This document shows positions 18,058-29,577 of a stretch of DNA of 64,000 nucleotides, one piece after another (position 1 is the first letter of the stretch; each line of letters begins with the position of its first letter). Under the pieces are notes generated by a model. It saw nothing but the letters and a program-made list of their open reading frames with translations. It was not told the origin of the DNA and searched no databases. Position numbers and translations under genes: made by a program. The stretch is from an uncultured Gammaproteobacteria bacterium (GTDB taxonomy: Bacteria; Pseudomonadota; Gammaproteobacteria; Xanthomonadales; Rhodanobacteraceae): the NCBI GenBank assembly GCA_963734945.1, contig CAVTJF010000063.1, positions 75,496-139,495 on the forward strand, read 5' to 3'.

Positions 18058-20124
18058 ATGTTGACGCTGATACCACGCCTGGTCCGCCTGACTCTCCTAG
18101 CCAGCGCCCTGGTCTTGCCGGTGCATGCGGCAGGCGCAGCCGAACAGGCCGACGAGGCGACAAGCGACGCCCCGGCCGATCAGACTTCGCAGCAGCGGAT
18201 CCAGTTTGCCGCCGCCTACGCCGCGGCGCGCCTTGGCGGCGATGGCTGGCGGGTTCTGGCCCGGGGGCTGACCGATTATCCGTTGTATCCGTACTTGCAG
18301 GCGGCGTCGATGGAACACGACATCGGCACGCTCGGCGCGGATGAGGTGGGGGCGTATCTGAAACGCTATCCCGGGCTCATTCCGGCGCATGATCTGCGGC
18401 GTGATTTCCTCCACCAGCTTGCCGGTCGCAAGGACTGGGCCGGCTTTCGCAAGCTTTACCGTCCGGGCCTGGGCTATGCCCTTGCCTGCGACGAGTTGCA
18501 GGCAAGGCTGGCTGCGGGTCAGACCCTGGATTTTTCCGCGGACCTGGCCAGTATCTGGAGCAAGGCGTCCTTGCCCAGCGCCTGCGACCCGGTGCTCGAG
18601 TGGGCGCATGAACGCGGCTTGTTGACCAAGGCGCGGTTGTGGCAGCGCGTGGAGCATGCCGTGGAGCATGGCGCCACCGGCACGGCCACAGCGCTGTCGC
18701 GCTGGCTGCCCCGGGGTGACGCCATCGTTGCCCGACGCCTGGTTCTGGCCCGGGAAAACCCGGGCAAGGCTTTGCGCGAAGCCGAAACATGGCACGATTC
18801 GCTGCACACACGCATGGCAGTGAAACTGGCGCTGAAACGCCTGGCAGTGGCCGATGACGAGGCGGCAGGCAAGGCCTGGGCGAAGCTGCACAAGCGCTTC
18901 GACTTCAATGTCGACCAGCGGCATGCCATCGAGGCCAGCATCGCACTGTTCAACGCCACCGATTTCGAGGCCGACTCGCTCAGCAAGCTGAAGCGCCTGC
19001 CGCCGGCAGCGCAAACCGACAGCACCCGCGCCTGGCGTGTGCGCGTGGCATTGTCGACGGGCGACTGGAAACAGGCGCTTGCCGCCCTGGATCAGTTGAC
19101 GCCGGAGCAGCAGCGGGATACTCCATGGCGCTACTGGCGGGCACGCACACTGGCAAGGCTGGGTCAGAAGGACAAGGCGCGCGAACTGTTCGAGCAATTG
19201 GCGACGGAGGCCGACTACTACGGTTTCCTGGCCGCCGACTGGCTTGACCAGCCTTATGCCATCTGCCCGCTGCAACTGGCCGGTGACCGCGCCAGCGAAA
19301 TGGCGCTGCTGAACAAGCCCGGCCTGCGGCGCGCCTTCGAGCTGCACGCACTGGACATGTTGCCGATGGCGCGGCGCGAGTGGAACTGGGCGATGCGCGA
19401 CCTTGATTCGGACCAGCGTCGCCTGGCCGCCGATCTGGCAACGCGCCGGGGCTGGTACGACCGTGCCATTTTCAGCTTCTCCAGCGGGCGGGATCTGCAC
19501 CTGTACCGGCAGCGCTTTCCTCTGGCACGCAAGTCGCAACTGCTGGCATCGGCGGAGCGCAACGGGCTGGACCCGGCCTGGGCCTACGCCATCATCCGTG
19601 CCGAGAGTGCGTGGGTGACCGATGCCCACTCGGGCGCCAACGCCTACGGTCTCATGCAGTTGCTGCCCAGTACCGGCGCCCATGCCGCGCGCAAGCTTGA
19701 TCAGCCATGGCACGGCGCCAGCAGCCTGTTCGACGCCGATACCAATATCAGCCTGGGCACCTACTATCTGGGCGAGATGGCCGCTCGCTACCGTGGTTCC
19801 CCCTGGCTGGCCTCGGCTGCATACAACGCCGGTGCCAACAAGGTTGATGAGTGGCTCGACGCACGTCGGCAACTGCCGCCGGATGTGTTCATCGACACCA
19901 TGCCCTATCACGAGACCCGCGCCTACGTGCGTCGGGTACTGGCCTTCAGTGTGCTGTACGACTGGCGCCTGCATCAGCGCGCGCTGCCCCTGGCCGCGCG
20001 CATGCCGCGTGTCGGCCAGAGCTATACTGCACCGGCTGCGGATGCGCAGCGCAAGCCGGTCATGTGTCCGGCACCCAGCGCCGCCACCATCCAGACCCCG
20101 TCAGGCACGCAAGCAGCTGGCTGA
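18058..20124 (+). CDS. slt: soluble lytic murein transglycosylase (Slt70-like)
   Basis: Signal peptide, a long superhelical N-terminal region, and a C-terminal SLT domain reading AIIRAESAWVTDAHSGANAYGLMQLLPSTG ... AAYNAG. Confidence 0.85.
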   Translation: MLTLIPRLVRLTLLASALVLPVHAAGAAEQADEATSDAPADQTSQQRIQFAAAYAAARLGGDGWRVLARGLTDYPLYPYLQAASMEHDIGTLGADEVGAYLKRYPGLIPAHDLRRDFLHQLAGRKDWAGFRKLYRPGLGYALACDELQARLAAGQTLDFSADLASIWSKASLPSACDPVLEWAHERGLLTKARLWQRVEHAVEHGATGTATALSRWLPRGDAIVARRLVLARENPGKALREAETWHDSLHTRMAVKLALKRLAVADDEAAGKAWAKLHKRFDFNVDQRHAIEASIALFNATDFEADSLSKLKRLPPAAQTDSTRAWRVRVALSTGDWKQALAALDQLTPEQQRDTPWRYWRARTLARLGQKDKARELFEQLATEADYYGFLAADWLDQPYAICPLQLAGDRASEMALLNKPGLRRAFELHALDMLPMARREWNWAMRDLDSDQRRLAADLATRRGWYDRAIFSFSSGRDLHLYRQRFPLARKSQLLASAERNGLDPAWAYAIIRAESAWVTDAHSGANAYGLMQLLPSTGAHAARKLDQPWHGASSLFDADTNISLGTYYLGEMAARYRGSPWLASAAYNAGANKVDEWLDARRQLPPDVFIDTMPYHETRAYVRRVLAFSVLYDWRLHQRALPLAARMPRVGQSYTAPAADAQRKPVMCPAPSAATIQTPSGTQAAG

Positions 20125-20199
20125 ATCCCGGCCAGTCCGGCTTGCGGCAACAGTGCTTGCAGGCGAGAATTGCACGCGATCCAGCCAGTCAAGGAGCAC

Positions 20200-21159
20200 A
20201 TGATGCGAGCACGGAAATTGCTGATACTCGGCGGCAGCGGCTTTGTCGGCCACTACCTTCTGCCACGGCTGGGCGAGGCCGGCCACACGCTGACCGTGCT
20301 GACCCGCAACCGGGCACAACACCGCGAGCTGAGCCTTGTCCCGGGTGTGCACCTGTGCAATGGCGATGTGCACGATGCCGATGTGCTGGCCAGGCACCTT
20401 TCCGGGCAGGATGCCGTCATCAATCTGGTCGGCATTCTCAACGAAAGCGGCGACGACACGTTCCAGAAGGTGCATGTGGAACTGACCGAGAAGCTGATCA
20501 CGGCGTGCCAGCGCGCCGGCGTGACGCGATTGCTGCAGCTCAGCGCGCTCAAGGCCGGGCAGGGCCTGTCGGAATACCTGAAGTCGCGCGGCCGTGCCGA
20601 GCAGCGTATCAAGGCCAGCCAGCTGGACTGGACCCTGCTGCAATCGTCGGTGATGTTCGGGCGTGGCGACGGGCTGATATCGCGCTTCGGTGGTCTGATA
20701 CGCATGACACCCGTGTTGCCGCTGCCCCGGCCGCATGCGCGCATGGCACCGGTGTATGTGGATGATATTGCCAGGGCCGTGGTGCGTTGCCTTGATGACA
20801 CATCGACCCGCCAGAAGACCATGGAGCTGTACGGGCCGGATGCCTTGTCACTGATCGAGATCGTGCGCATGATCGCCAGCGCCATGGGCAAGCGCCGCTG
20901 GATCATCGGCATGCCTGATGCGCTGGGCAAGCTGCAGGCTGCGGTGGCCGGGCTGCTGCCGGGCAAGCCGTTCACGCGTGACAACTTCCTCAGCCTGCGC
21001 ACCGATTCGGTGGGTACGCGCGACAGCCTGCGCGAGCTGGGTATCGAGCCGCACAGCTTCGCTGTGATGCTGCCGCAGATAGTCAGTCACCACAGCCGTG
21101 CGCAACGCTACGATCGCATGCGCTCGCACCTGGGCGAGCACTCGTCGCAGCAGTCCTGA
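20200..21159 (+). CDS. NAD(P)H-binding NDUFA9-like / NmrA-type SDR family protein
   Basis: AAGGAG lies 3 nt upstream of ATG 20200 (short spacer). LLILGGSGFVGHYLL Rossmann motif. The overall pattern fits complex I NDUFA9-subunit-family proteins. Confidence 0.75.
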   Translation: MMRARKLLILGGSGFVGHYLLPRLGEAGHTLTVLTRNRAQHRELSLVPGVHLCNGDVHDADVLARHLSGQDAVINLVGILNESGDDTFQKVHVELTEKLITACQRAGVTRLLQLSALKAGQGLSEYLKSRGRAEQRIKASQLDWTLLQSSVMFGRGDGLISRFGGLIRMTPVLPLPRPHARMAPVYVDDIARAVVRCLDDTSTRQKTMELYGPDALSLIEIVRMIASAMGKRRWIIGMPDALGKLQAAVAGLLPGKPFTRDNFLSLRTDSVGTRDSLRELGIEPHSFAVMLPQIVSHHSRAQRYDRMRSHLGEHSSQQS

Positions 21160-21239
21160 CCCGGTAGCGTCGGGCTCATCACCTCGCCAGGCCGGACCCG
21201 GGAAGCGTGCCGCCTTGCCGGCCATGCCACAATATCGGC

Positions 21240-22469
21240 ATGGATGTGTATCTGGTTGGTGGCGCGGTGCGCGACAAGTTGCTGGGCAAGGCGGCGGCGG
21301 ACCGCGACTATGTCGTGGTCGGCGCGCGGCCGGAACAGATGCAGGCCGCAGGCTACCGCGCCGTCGGCAAGGACTTCCCGGTATTCATCCACCCCGACAG
21401 TGGCGAGGAGTACGCCCTGGCGCGCACCGAGCGCAAGACCGCGCCGGGCTATCGCGGTTTTGCCTTTCATGCCGAGCCCTCGGTCACCATCGAGCAGGAT
21501 CTCGAACGCCGCGACCTGACCATCAATGCGATAGCGGAGGATGCGGAAGGTCGGCTGGTGGATCCGTTCGGCGGCCATGCCGATCTGCAGGCGCGCGTTC
21601 TGCGGCATGTGTCACCGGCTTTCGTCGAGGATCCGGTGCGGGTGCTGCGGGTGGCGCGATTCCTGGCCCGCTTTGCGCACATGGGTTTCGCCATTGCCGA
21701 CGAGACCATGGCATTGATGCGGCAGATGGTGGACGACGGCGAAGTCGACCATCTTGTTCCCGAGCGGGTGTGGACCGAGTTGCGCAAGGCACTGGCCACC
21801 TCCACGCCAGCGGCATTCGTGCGGGCACTGCGCCAGTGCGGCGCGCTGCGGCGGGTGCTGCCGGAGGTCGATGCGCTGTACGGCGTGCCCCAGGTGGCAC
21901 GCTACCACCCGGAAATCGACACGGGTGTGCATGTGGAGATGGTGCTGGACATGGCGGCGCAGCTGGCACCGGGCGATGACCTGGTCGGCTTTTGCGCCCT
22001 TGCCCATGATCTGGGCAAGGCGCTGACGCCAGCCGACGAATTGCCCTCGCACCATGGCCATGAACAGCGTGGCCTCAAGCCGCTGGCTGCTCTCGCCGAG
22101 CGCCTGCGCGTGCCGGTCGAGCACCGCGAACTGGCCGCTGTGGTCTGCCAGCATCATCTGAACGCCCATCGGGCGCTGCAACTGAAGCCGGGCACCGTGC
22201 TCAAGCTGCTGGAGTCGCTGGACGCCCTGCGCCGTCCGCAGCGCCTGCCGGCGTTTCTGCTTGCCTGCGAAGCGGACAAGCGTGGCCGCGAAGGTCACGC
22301 CGGGGACGACTACCCGCAGGCCGCGTTTCTGACACGGGCGCTGGAGGCGGCGGTTGCGGTCACCGCGTCGCGCTTCGTGGCCGAGGGCTTGCAGGGCCCG
22401 GCCATCGGCACGGCGCTGCGCCAGGCCCGGATCAGGGCGATAGCCGACTGCGACCGCGGCCAGTCCTGA
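21240..22469 (+). CDS. cca: multifunctional CCA-adding tRNA nucleotidyltransferase
   Basis: [16 protein letters not shown] start, RDLTINA, and a C-terminal HD domain (ALAHDLGK). Confidence 0.9.
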   Translation: MDVYLVGGAVRDKLLGKAAADRDYVVVGARPEQMQAAGYRAVGKDFPVFIHPDSGEEYALARTERKTAPGYRGFAFHAEPSVTIEQDLERRDLTINAIAEDAEGRLVDPFGGHADLQARVLRHVSPAFVEDPVRVLRVARFLARFAHMGFAIADETMALMRQMVDDGEVDHLVPERVWTELRKALATSTPAAFVRALRQCGALRRVLPEVDALYGVPQVARYHPEIDTGVHVEMVLDMAAQLAPGDDLVGFCALAHDLGKALTPADELPSHHGHEQRGLKPLAALAERLRVPVEHRELAAVVCQHHLNAHRALQLKPGTVLKLLESLDALRRPQRLPAFLLACEADKRGREGHAGDDYPQAAFLTRALEAAVAVTASRFVAEGLQGPAIGTALRQARIRAIADCDRGQS

Positions 22470-22499
22470 GGTTTCGCGGCGACACGCTCGGCTGCGGCG

Positions 22500-24791
22500 T
22501 CAGCGCCTGGCAGCCTCGGCGCGAATCTGGGCCTCGACCACGGCGATGGCTGTCATGTTGACCACGCGCCGCACCGTCGATTGCGGGGTCAGGATGTGCG
22601 CCGGCTTGGAGGCACCCATCAGGATCGGTCCAAGCACCACCCCACCGGTGATGGCTCTGACCAGGTTGAAGGCAATGTTGGCCGCTTCGAGGTTGGGGAA
22701 GACAAACACATTGGCCTTGCCGCGCAGGCGCGAGTTGGGGAACAGCCGGTCACGCATCACCGCATCCAGGGCCACGTCACCCTGCATTTCGCCCTCGACT
22801 TCCAGGCGCGGCGCGCGCTTCTGAATCAGCGCCAGAGCCTCGCGCATGAGTGCGGCCGATGCCGAATCGCGACTGCCGAAGTTGGAACTGGCCAGCAGGG
22901 CAATGCGCGGGGTAATACCAAACAGGTTCAGTCGCAGGGCGGCCTGCAGGGTGGCCTCGGCAATCTGCTCGGGGTCCGGGTTGTCCTGCACGTAGGCATC
23001 GAGAAAGAAATAGGTTCCGGCATCGCAGGCCACGCCGGACATGGCCGACAGGCGCGTCACGCCCTGATCAAGGCCGATGATGTCCTGCACGTACGACAGC
23101 TTCTTGGTGTAGCGGCCCACCAGTCCGCAGATCATGGCGTCGGCATCCTTGCGTTCCACCATCAGGGCGGCGATGACGGTGGCGCGCGAGCGCACGATGG
23201 ACTTGGCCAGATCCGGGGTTACGCCGCGGCGTTCCATGAGCTTGTGATAATGCTGCCAGTAGTCGTCGAAGCGCGGATCACTGTGGATGTTGCACAGTTC
23301 GAAATCCCGGTCCTGCTGCAGACGCAGACCGGCGCGCTCGATGCGTCGGGCAATGACATCGGGACGGCCGATGAGGATGGGCCGCGCCAGTTGCTCGTCG
23401 ACCACGGTCTGCGCTGCGCGCAGCACCACGTCTTCCTCGCCCTCGGCGAACACCACCCGGCGCGGGTCCTCCTTGGCACGGGCGAAAACGGGCTTCATCA
23501 GAAGTCCGGTGCGGAACACGAAGTTCCACAGTTTCTGGGTATAGGCCTTGAAGTCCTCGATCGGCCGCGTGGCGATTCCCGACTTCATTGCCGCGCGTGC
23601 CACCGCTGGTGCCAGATGCACCAGCAGGCGCGGATCAAACGGCTGCGGAATCAGGTAGTCGGCACCAAAATGGGGCACCTTGCCACCGTAGGCGCGCACG
23701 CTGATGTCGCTGGCCTCGCGGCGGGCGAGATCGGCAATGGCATGCACGCAGGCCACTTTCATGTCTTCGTTGATGCCGGTCGCGCCAACATCCAGGGCGC
23801 CGCGGAAGATATAGGGAAAGCACAGGACGTTGTTGACCTGATTGGGGTAGTCCGAGCGTCCGGTGGCCATGACGCAGTCCGGACGAACCTCGCGCGCCTC
23901 CTCGGGCAGAATCTCGGGTGTCGGATTGGCCAGGGCGAAAATTACCGGTCGATTGGCCATGGTGGCCACCATCTCCGGCTTCAGCACCCCGCCGGCTGAG
24001 ACGCCGAGGAACACATCGGCGTCCTTGACGATATCACCCAGGGTACGCGCATCGGTGTCGCGCACATAGCGCTGGGCATTCTCCCCCAGGTTCTCGCGTC
24101 CGCTGTGCAGCACGCCATCCTTGTTGCTGACCATGATGTTCTCGGGCTTCACACCCAGGCTGACCATCATGTCGAGGCAGGCGATGCCGGCGGCACCGGC
24201 ACCCGAGGCAGCAACCTTGATCTCGCCGATCTTCTTGCCGATCACTTCCAGGGCATTGATCAGTGCGGCGCCAACGATGATGGCGGTGCCGTGCTGATCG
24301 TCGTGGAAAACCGGGATGCCCATGCGTTCGCGCAGCTCGCGTTCCACCATGAAGCATTCGGGTGCCTTGATATCTTCAAGATTGATGCCGCCGAAGGTCG
24401 GCTCCAGCGAGGCAATGATGTCGACCAGCTTGTCCGGATCACTTTCGTCGATCTCGATGTCGAACACGTCGATGCCGGCAAACTTGCGGAACAGCACGCC
24501 CTTGCCTTCCATCACCGGCTTGCCCGCCAGCGGGCCGATGTCGCCCAGGCCCAGTACGGCCGTGCCGTTGGTGACCACGGCAACCAGGTTGGCGCGAGCT
24601 GTCAGCTCGGCTGCCTGCGTCGGGTCGTCGACAATGGCCTCGCAGGCTGCCGCCACACCAGGCGAGTAGGCAAGGGCCAGGTCACGCTGATTGAGCAGCG
24701 AGGTGGTCGGCGTGATCTTGATCTTGCCGGGGCACGGGTAGCGGTGATAGTCGAGTGCTGCCTGTCTGAGTTCGTCAGGTATCTTGGACAT
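22500..24791 (-). CDS. maeB: NADP-dependent malic enzyme (malic enzyme + PTA-like domain)
   Basis: 763 aa. [33 protein letters not shown], and a C-terminal phosphotransacetylase-like half. Confidence 0.95.
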   Translation of the reverse strand: MSKIPDELRQAALDYHRYPCPGKIKITPTTSLLNQRDLALAYSPGVAAACEAIVDDPTQAAELTARANLVAVVTNGTAVLGLGDIGPLAGKPVMEGKGVLFRKFAGIDVFDIEIDESDPDKLVDIIASLEPTFGGINLEDIKAPECFMVERELRERMGIPVFHDDQHGTAIIVGAALINALEVIGKKIGEIKVAASGAGAAGIACLDMMVSLGVKPENIMVSNKDGVLHSGRENLGENAQRYVRDTDARTLGDIVKDADVFLGVSAGGVLKPEMVATMANRPVIFALANPTPEILPEEAREVRPDCVMATGRSDYPNQVNNVLCFPYIFRGALDVGATGINEDMKVACVHAIADLARREASDISVRAYGGKVPHFGADYLIPQPFDPRLLVHLAPAVARAAMKSGIATRPIEDFKAYTQKLWNFVFRTGLLMKPVFARAKEDPRRVVFAEGEEDVVLRAAQTVVDEQLARPILIGRPDVIARRIERAGLRLQQDRDFELCNIHSDPRFDDYWQHYHKLMERRGVTPDLAKSIVRSRATVIAALMVERKDADAMICGLVGRYTKKLSYVQDIIGLDQGVTRLSAMSGVACDAGTYFFLDAYVQDNPDPEQIAEATLQAALRLNLFGITPRIALLASSNFGSRDSASAALMREALALIQKRAPRLEVEGEMQGDVALDAVMRDRLFPNSRLRGKANVFVFPNLEAANIAFNLVRAITGGVVLGPILMGASKPAHILTPQSTVRRVVNMTAIAVVEAQIRAEAARR

Positions 24792-24914
24792 GGACGCAGG
24801 TCACGAAAGTCTGTTGAATCACGGGAGGGTCATGGTAGCACCGCCACCGGAAATGGTTGCTCACCCGGACCGGCCATGTGCTGGCCGCCCCGGTCGGGTC
24901 AGGCGCGTGCGGTG

Positions 24915-26495
24915 CTAGCGCCCCAGGGCATGGCGCAGCGGGTCGAGCAGTTCGCCGTAGCGTTCACTGATGGCGCTGCCCCGCTGCAACGGCTTGCGCA
25001 CCTGGGTCGCACTCAGCGTGCGCACGATGTCGGTGCTTTTTTCCGGGTGCAGGCAATCGTCCTCGAACGGCAGATCACAGAACTGCAAAAGCTCGCGAAT
25101 GGTCTGCTCGGAATCGTCCAGCAGGTTTTCGTAGCTGAAATCCATCACCCGATCGGGAAAGCTGTCCCGCCAGTGGCGACAGGCGCGATCGAAGTCGCGC
25201 CAGTGCGCGGCTATGGACTCGAAGTCGTAGGAGAACAGCTGATTCTGGTAGCTGAAGCGGTTGCGCCAGCAGGAAAAGCCCACTTCGACGGGATCACGCC
25301 GGCACACCACGATGCGTGCGTCGGGCAGCATGGCCAGCGCCGCCCCTGCGAACAGCCAGTTGCCGGGGCGCTTGTCGGTGACGACGGGCAGACTCTCCAG
25401 TCCGCTGCGTGCGCGTTCCAGATAAACCTCGCCCAGCCGCTGCCATTCGCCGCGGCTCATGTTCTCCAGCGCCTGTGGGTAGGTGCCGCCACGGCGCTCG
25501 GCCATGTCGTGCAGCAGCCGGCCCAGCACATCCAGCTCACCTCCGGCAACAACCTCCGAATGCATGCCCAGAATGCGCTCGGTCAGTGACGTACCCGATC
25601 GCGGCAGGCCGACAATGAAAATGACACGCGGGGCAGTCGCCGGCTTTTCCGGTACCTTCCACGGTGTGGCGATCACCTTGTCGACGGTCTCACTGAAATT
25701 GGCTGCGTCCCAGGGCTTGCGTTCGCGCAGGAGGCTGTTGGCCTGCTGCCACGCCGCAAATGCCTCGGGGTACTGCTTCTTGTCGTGCAGGGCCTGGCCA
25801 AGTGCATAGTTGAGCGCGATGCGATCACCGGGGTCGGCAATGGTGCCCGCGAGCAGACCTTGCATCGTCTCGATGTCGCTCTGCTCGAGCAGGCCGGATT
25901 TCAGTTGCGCCAGACCCATCCAGACTTCGCCGTCGTCCGGGCGCTGGGACAGGAGAATGCGGTATTGCTCAGCGGCTGCTTCCACTTCGCCCGAGACGGT
26001 CAGCGCATACGCCAGGCTGAAACGCGCCTGGCTGAGGTTCTCCTGCAATGCGACCGCCTTGCGCAATGGCTCGACCGATTCAGTGACGCGGTTGCTGTCG
26101 ATCAGTGCCTTGCCCAGGTTGTTCCACAGGGGCGCCGACTGCGGAGCCAGGTCGCAGGCGCGCTGCAGCTCGGACAGCCCCTGTTCCTGCTGTCCCGCGT
26201 TCAGTTGCGCCAGGCCCAGGCTGGAGGCCACCAGCGGGTCGCGTGGCGCCATCGTGCGTGCGCGCTCCAGTGTTTCGATCGCCGTTTCGTGGCGACCGCT
26301 CATGCGTTGCGCCATGCCGGTCAGGCGCAGCAGATCGGCGTCGTCCGGCGCGCGCCGGAGGAGGCGTTCAAAACGACGTCGGGCAATTTCCACCTGACCT
26401 GAATGCAGGGCTTGCACGGCCTGGGCTGCCGCGGGCCGCAGATTGTCGGGCAGGGAGGCGAAGAGCGATGGCTGGCTGGTCTGTTTCTGGTTCAT
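24915..26495 (-). CDS. TPR-repeat sulfotransferase family protein
   Basis: Start re-set to ATG 26495 (MNQKQTSQ). The N-terminal half has TPR-like repeats. The C-terminal half has FIVGLPRSGTSLTERIL, a 5'-PAPS-binding loop. Confidence 0.8.
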   Translation of the reverse strand: MNQKQTSQPSLFASLPDNLRPAAAQAVQALHSGQVEIARRRFERLLRRAPDDADLLRLTGMAQRMSGRHETAIETLERARTMAPRDPLVASSLGLAQLNAGQQEQGLSELQRACDLAPQSAPLWNNLGKALIDSNRVTESVEPLRKAVALQENLSQARFSLAYALTVSGEVEAAAEQYRILLSQRPDDGEVWMGLAQLKSGLLEQSDIETMQGLLAGTIADPGDRIALNYALGQALHDKKQYPEAFAAWQQANSLLRERKPWDAANFSETVDKVIATPWKVPEKPATAPRVIFIVGLPRSGTSLTERILGMHSEVVAGGELDVLGRLLHDMAERRGGTYPQALENMSRGEWQRLGEVYLERARSGLESLPVVTDKRPGNWLFAGAALAMLPDARIVVCRRDPVEVGFSCWRNRFSYQNQLFSYDFESIAAHWRDFDRACRHWRDSFPDRVMDFSYENLLDDSEQTIRELLQFCDLPFEDDCLHPEKSTDIVRTLSATQVRKPLQRGSAISERYGELLDPLRHALGR

Positions 26496-26636
26496 GTGCT
26501 GTAAGCGGGTTCCTGTTGGTGAGGCATCCATATGTCTCGGCGTGGGGCCGATGGCGATGCGGTATCGGCTTGTCGCAGGGCAACGGCGGAATGGGCCAGG
26601 CACAGCGCCGACGCCGGCAATACGCGCATCAAGGCC

Positions 26637-27083
26637 TCAGTGCCGGGCATCAATATGCTGGCGCAGTTCGGCTACCACCGGATGTTCGGTCAGTTCAAAG
26701 GCGCGCCATGTGGGGTTGAACACGAAGCGGCGTCCGAATCGGCATTCCCGTTTCAGATGCACCGTAACCCGTGGCGGGTTGAGCCAGCGGGTGGACGAGA
26801 TCGAGGCAATCTGATTCCAGGCGACCCGTGCCTGCTCGCCGCGTGATCGCAGCAGCAATCCGTCGTCGGTCATCCATACCTCGTCCACAAGTCCGCGCAG
26901 GAGGAACCATGACGACAGAACCGCAAAAACGCCAATTGCGGCGATCAAGGCCATGATGCGCGAATCCGTGGCGACCTCGGGCTGGCGCCAGAACACCATC
27001 CCCAGTCCAGCCACGACGGCCAGTGGAATGAGGGGATAGAGGCGCTTGTTCCAGGGGGTAACCGGCGACGACAGTCGTTTCAT
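26637..27083 (-). CDS. hypothetical membrane protein (148 aa)
   Basis: Two TM helices followed by a soluble domain. ATGA overlap with the rsgA stop suggests translational coupling. Confidence 0.5.
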   Translation of the reverse strand: MKRLSSPVTPWNKRLYPLIPLAVVAGLGMVFWRQPEVATDSRIMALIAAIGVFAVLSSWFLLRGLVDEVWMTDDGLLLRSRGEQARVAWNQIASISSTRWLNPPRVTVHLKRECRFGRRFVFNPTWRAFELTEHPVVAELRQHIDARH

Positions 27084-28144
27084 TCCATGTCCTCCTGATG
27101 GCGCTGGCGCGCGGGGCTGCCGCGCCGCTTTCTGCCGGCCTGCGTGGTCGAGCCCGCCTTGCGTTCCAGGCGCGCAAGGCGATTGGCTGCCTGCTGGCGA
27201 TGCTCGTCCTGCAGTTTGCCGAAGTTGCGCAGGCGGCCGGCATCCAGGGTTCCTGCATCAATCGCCGCCCGGACCGCGCAGCCCGGCTCGCTTTCATGAG
27301 CGCAGTCATTGAAACGGCACTGCCGCGCCAGAGCCTCGATGTCCGCGAACGAGCCCAGCGATTCTTCACCGGTCAGTTTCAGTTCGCGCATGCCCGGTGT
27401 ATCAATCAGGCAGGCGCCGCCAGCCAGTTTCAGCAAGGCGCGATGGGTGGTGGTGTGGCGACCGCGACTGTCGCGCTGGCGTACGGCACCGGTATCCATG
27501 CGCGCTTCGCCCAGAAGCGTGTTGGTGAGGGTCGACTTGCCGGCGCCCGACGAGCCGACCAGAGCCACGGTCATGCCCGGCCCAAGCCACGGCGCCAGGG
27601 TGGCGACGGCATCGGCGGATTTGGCGTTGATTGCCAGAACACGCGTGTCCCCAGGCAGGCGCTGTTGCAGCGCGGCCACCCGTGCGGACACCTCGTTGCA
27701 GGTGTCTGCCTTGGTCAGCAGCACGACCGACTGCACGCCCGAACCGGCTACCAGCAACAGGTAGCGCTCGATGCGCTGCGGATTGAAGTCGCCGTCCAGG
27801 CCGGTCATCACCATGACCGTATCGATATTGGTGGCAATCAGCTGGCGCTGATAGCGCTCACCGGCGGCCGCCCGCGCCAGGATGCTGCGGCGGGGCACGA
27901 TGGTTTCGATCTCGGCCGGCTTGCCGGGCTGGAAAAAGACGAAGTCACCGACGGCCGGGCGTTGCTCGGGCTCGAGACCCGGTTTGAGAAACGGGCCGGC
28001 CGGTTGCGCCTGCAACACGCTGTGTCCGTCATGGATCTCGTAGCCGGAACGATGCTGTGCCACGACCCGCGCCAGCGGGCGTGAGGGCAGATCACCCTGC
28101 CAGCCGATCTCCTGCAAGGCAGTCAGTTGCGCGTGGGTGTTCAT
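27080..28144 (-). CDS. rsgA: ribosome small-subunit-dependent GTPase A
   Basis: Circularly permuted GTPase with LLTKADT, LVGSSGAGKSTLTN and DTPGMRE. C-terminal zinc motif CRFNDCAHESEPGCAV. Start at ATG 28144. Confidence 0.9.
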   Translation of the reverse strand: MNTHAQLTALQEIGWQGDLPSRPLARVVAQHRSGYEIHDGHSVLQAQPAGPFLKPGLEPEQRPAVGDFVFFQPGKPAEIETIVPRRSILARAAAGERYQRQLIATNIDTVMVMTGLDGDFNPQRIERYLLLVAGSGVQSVVLLTKADTCNEVSARVAALQQRLPGDTRVLAINAKSADAVATLAPWLGPGMTVALVGSSGAGKSTLTNTLLGEARMDTGAVRQRDSRGRHTTTHRALLKLAGGACLIDTPGMRELKLTGEESLGSFADIEALARQCRFNDCAHESEPGCAVRAAIDAGTLDAGRLRNFGKLQDEHRQQAANRLARLERKAGSTTQAGRKRRGSPARQRHQEDME

Positions 28145-28186
28145 GTCAGAAATGCAGGCATCCGGGCTCAAGCAGCGCAAAGCTCA

Positions 28187-29554
28187 TCATGGCAGTGATT
28201 CTCTGGCGGGATCGTGTCGGGTGAGACGGGCGCTGTCGCGACTGGCGAGCGCCAGGCCCAATGCCATGATACTCGCACTGATCGGCCAGGCCAGATAGCG
28301 CAATTCGGCGGCGGGCGCGGCGATCAGCAGAGGCAGCGCCAGCAGCCAGCCGCTGGCGACGAGGACCAGGCTCATGCGGCCATGGATGCTGGCGCGACGA
28401 CGCCAGCCGAGCAACAAAGCGGGAATGCCGGCCAGCAGCCATGGCCAGGCCGCGAGCAGCGCTGTCCGTCGCCACTGATCCAGCCAGCGGAACCAGAGGC
28501 GCTGCCAGGGGCTGGTGCGTGTGGCAAGGGCCGGGTTGTCGCCAACATGGTTCTGCCGCGGAAAGTAGATCAGTTCCACCGGCCAGTCCGACGGGTGCGT
28601 GCCGAACAGGGCCCGCGTCAGACGCCAGCGATGGCGGGCGTACGCGCCCGGATGGCTGACCACGGCATGCCACCAGGCTCGGGCAATGTCGCTTTTCAAT
28701 TGGCCCTGGTCCGGCTTCAGGAACGGGCTGCGCACGCCTGACCTGGTGCGGGCGAACAGGGTGGTGTTGGCCCACGGCTCGAACGCCTGCGCCAGATCGT
28801 CAACGCTCATGCCGGGGCCGACGCTGGCCTCCGGCAGCAGCACCTTGTCCCGGGCGATGGAGATGGCCGCCAGATCCCACATCGCGGTGGCGGGCCAGAC
28901 GGCGCGCTGCCGCGGTGCACTGGTATTGATGGCCACTGTGGCAAGCCCGATCAGGGCCAGACTTGCCAGAGTGAGGCTGGCCCGGGCCATGACTCCGGAC
29001 GTTCGCTTGCCTGACCAGCACATCCACAGCAGAGGCAGCAGCGCCGGCAGGGCATTGTGTCGCATCGCGGCGCCGTAAAGGCACATCAGCAGGGCGGCAA
29101 GCAGCCATCCGCGCTGGCCACTGACATTTGCCCGGACCAGGCAGGCGCAGGCCAGGGACAGCGCAGCCACCAGTCCGGCATCGGTGCCCACCTGCGCCAT
29201 CAGCACCCATGTCGGCGGCACCAGGCCGATCACCAGAAGCCAGGTGATGCGCAAGCCGTTTGCTCGTGGCAGTGTTGTGGCCAGCAGCGCCAGCGCCGCC
29301 CAGAACATGGCCAGGTGCAGCACAAGGATATCTGCTGGCGAGTCGCAGACGGTAGCCAGGGCGCGCCAGACCAGGATCAGCGCCGGGCTGTGGATCGAGT
29401 CCATTTCGGCGCCGCGCGCCTGTGCCCACATGACGGCTGCATCGTGGGAGACCATGCCGGGCCAGAACACACTTGCGGCCAGCGCCATGCCGGCGGCAGC
29501 GGCCAGCCAGCACAGGACCACGGAATGCCTGCTTGCAGTGCCAGGGTCGCGCAT
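28187..29554 (-). CDS. polytopic inner-membrane protein, possible GT-C-type glycosyltransferase
   Basis: About 10 hydrophobic helices with a large loop. Start re-set to ATG 29554 (MRDPGTASRHSVVLCWLAAAAG). The upstream 97 codons of the track ORF are Arg/Ala-rich noise over an inverted-repeat element. Confidence 0.55.
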   Translation of the reverse strand: MRDPGTASRHSVVLCWLAAAAGMALAASVFWPGMVSHDAAVMWAQARGAEMDSIHSPALILVWRALATVCDSPADILVLHLAMFWAALALLATTLPRANGLRITWLLVIGLVPPTWVLMAQVGTDAGLVAALSLACACLVRANVSGQRGWLLAALLMCLYGAAMRHNALPALLPLLWMCWSGKRTSGVMARASLTLASLALIGLATVAINTSAPRQRAVWPATAMWDLAAISIARDKVLLPEASVGPGMSVDDLAQAFEPWANTTLFARTRSGVRSPFLKPDQGQLKSDIARAWWHAVVSHPGAYARHRWRLTRALFGTHPSDWPVELIYFPRQNHVGDNPALATRTSPWQRLWFRWLDQWRRTALLAAWPWLLAGIPALLLGWRRRASIHGRMSLVLVASGWLLALPLLIAAPAAELRYLAWPISASIMALGLALASRDSARLTRHDPARESLP

Positions 29555-29577
29555 CCGGGGAATCCTACAGTTGATAC

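Noticed and set aside
18097-19974. 625-aa minus-strand ORF opposite slt. The same pattern occurs at 22581-23999, 24105-25589, 29619-31022, 36978-38567 and 41844-44375.
   Set aside because: All are antisense to genes with clear family motifs and lack motifs themselves. Such ORFs are expected in GC-rich DNA.
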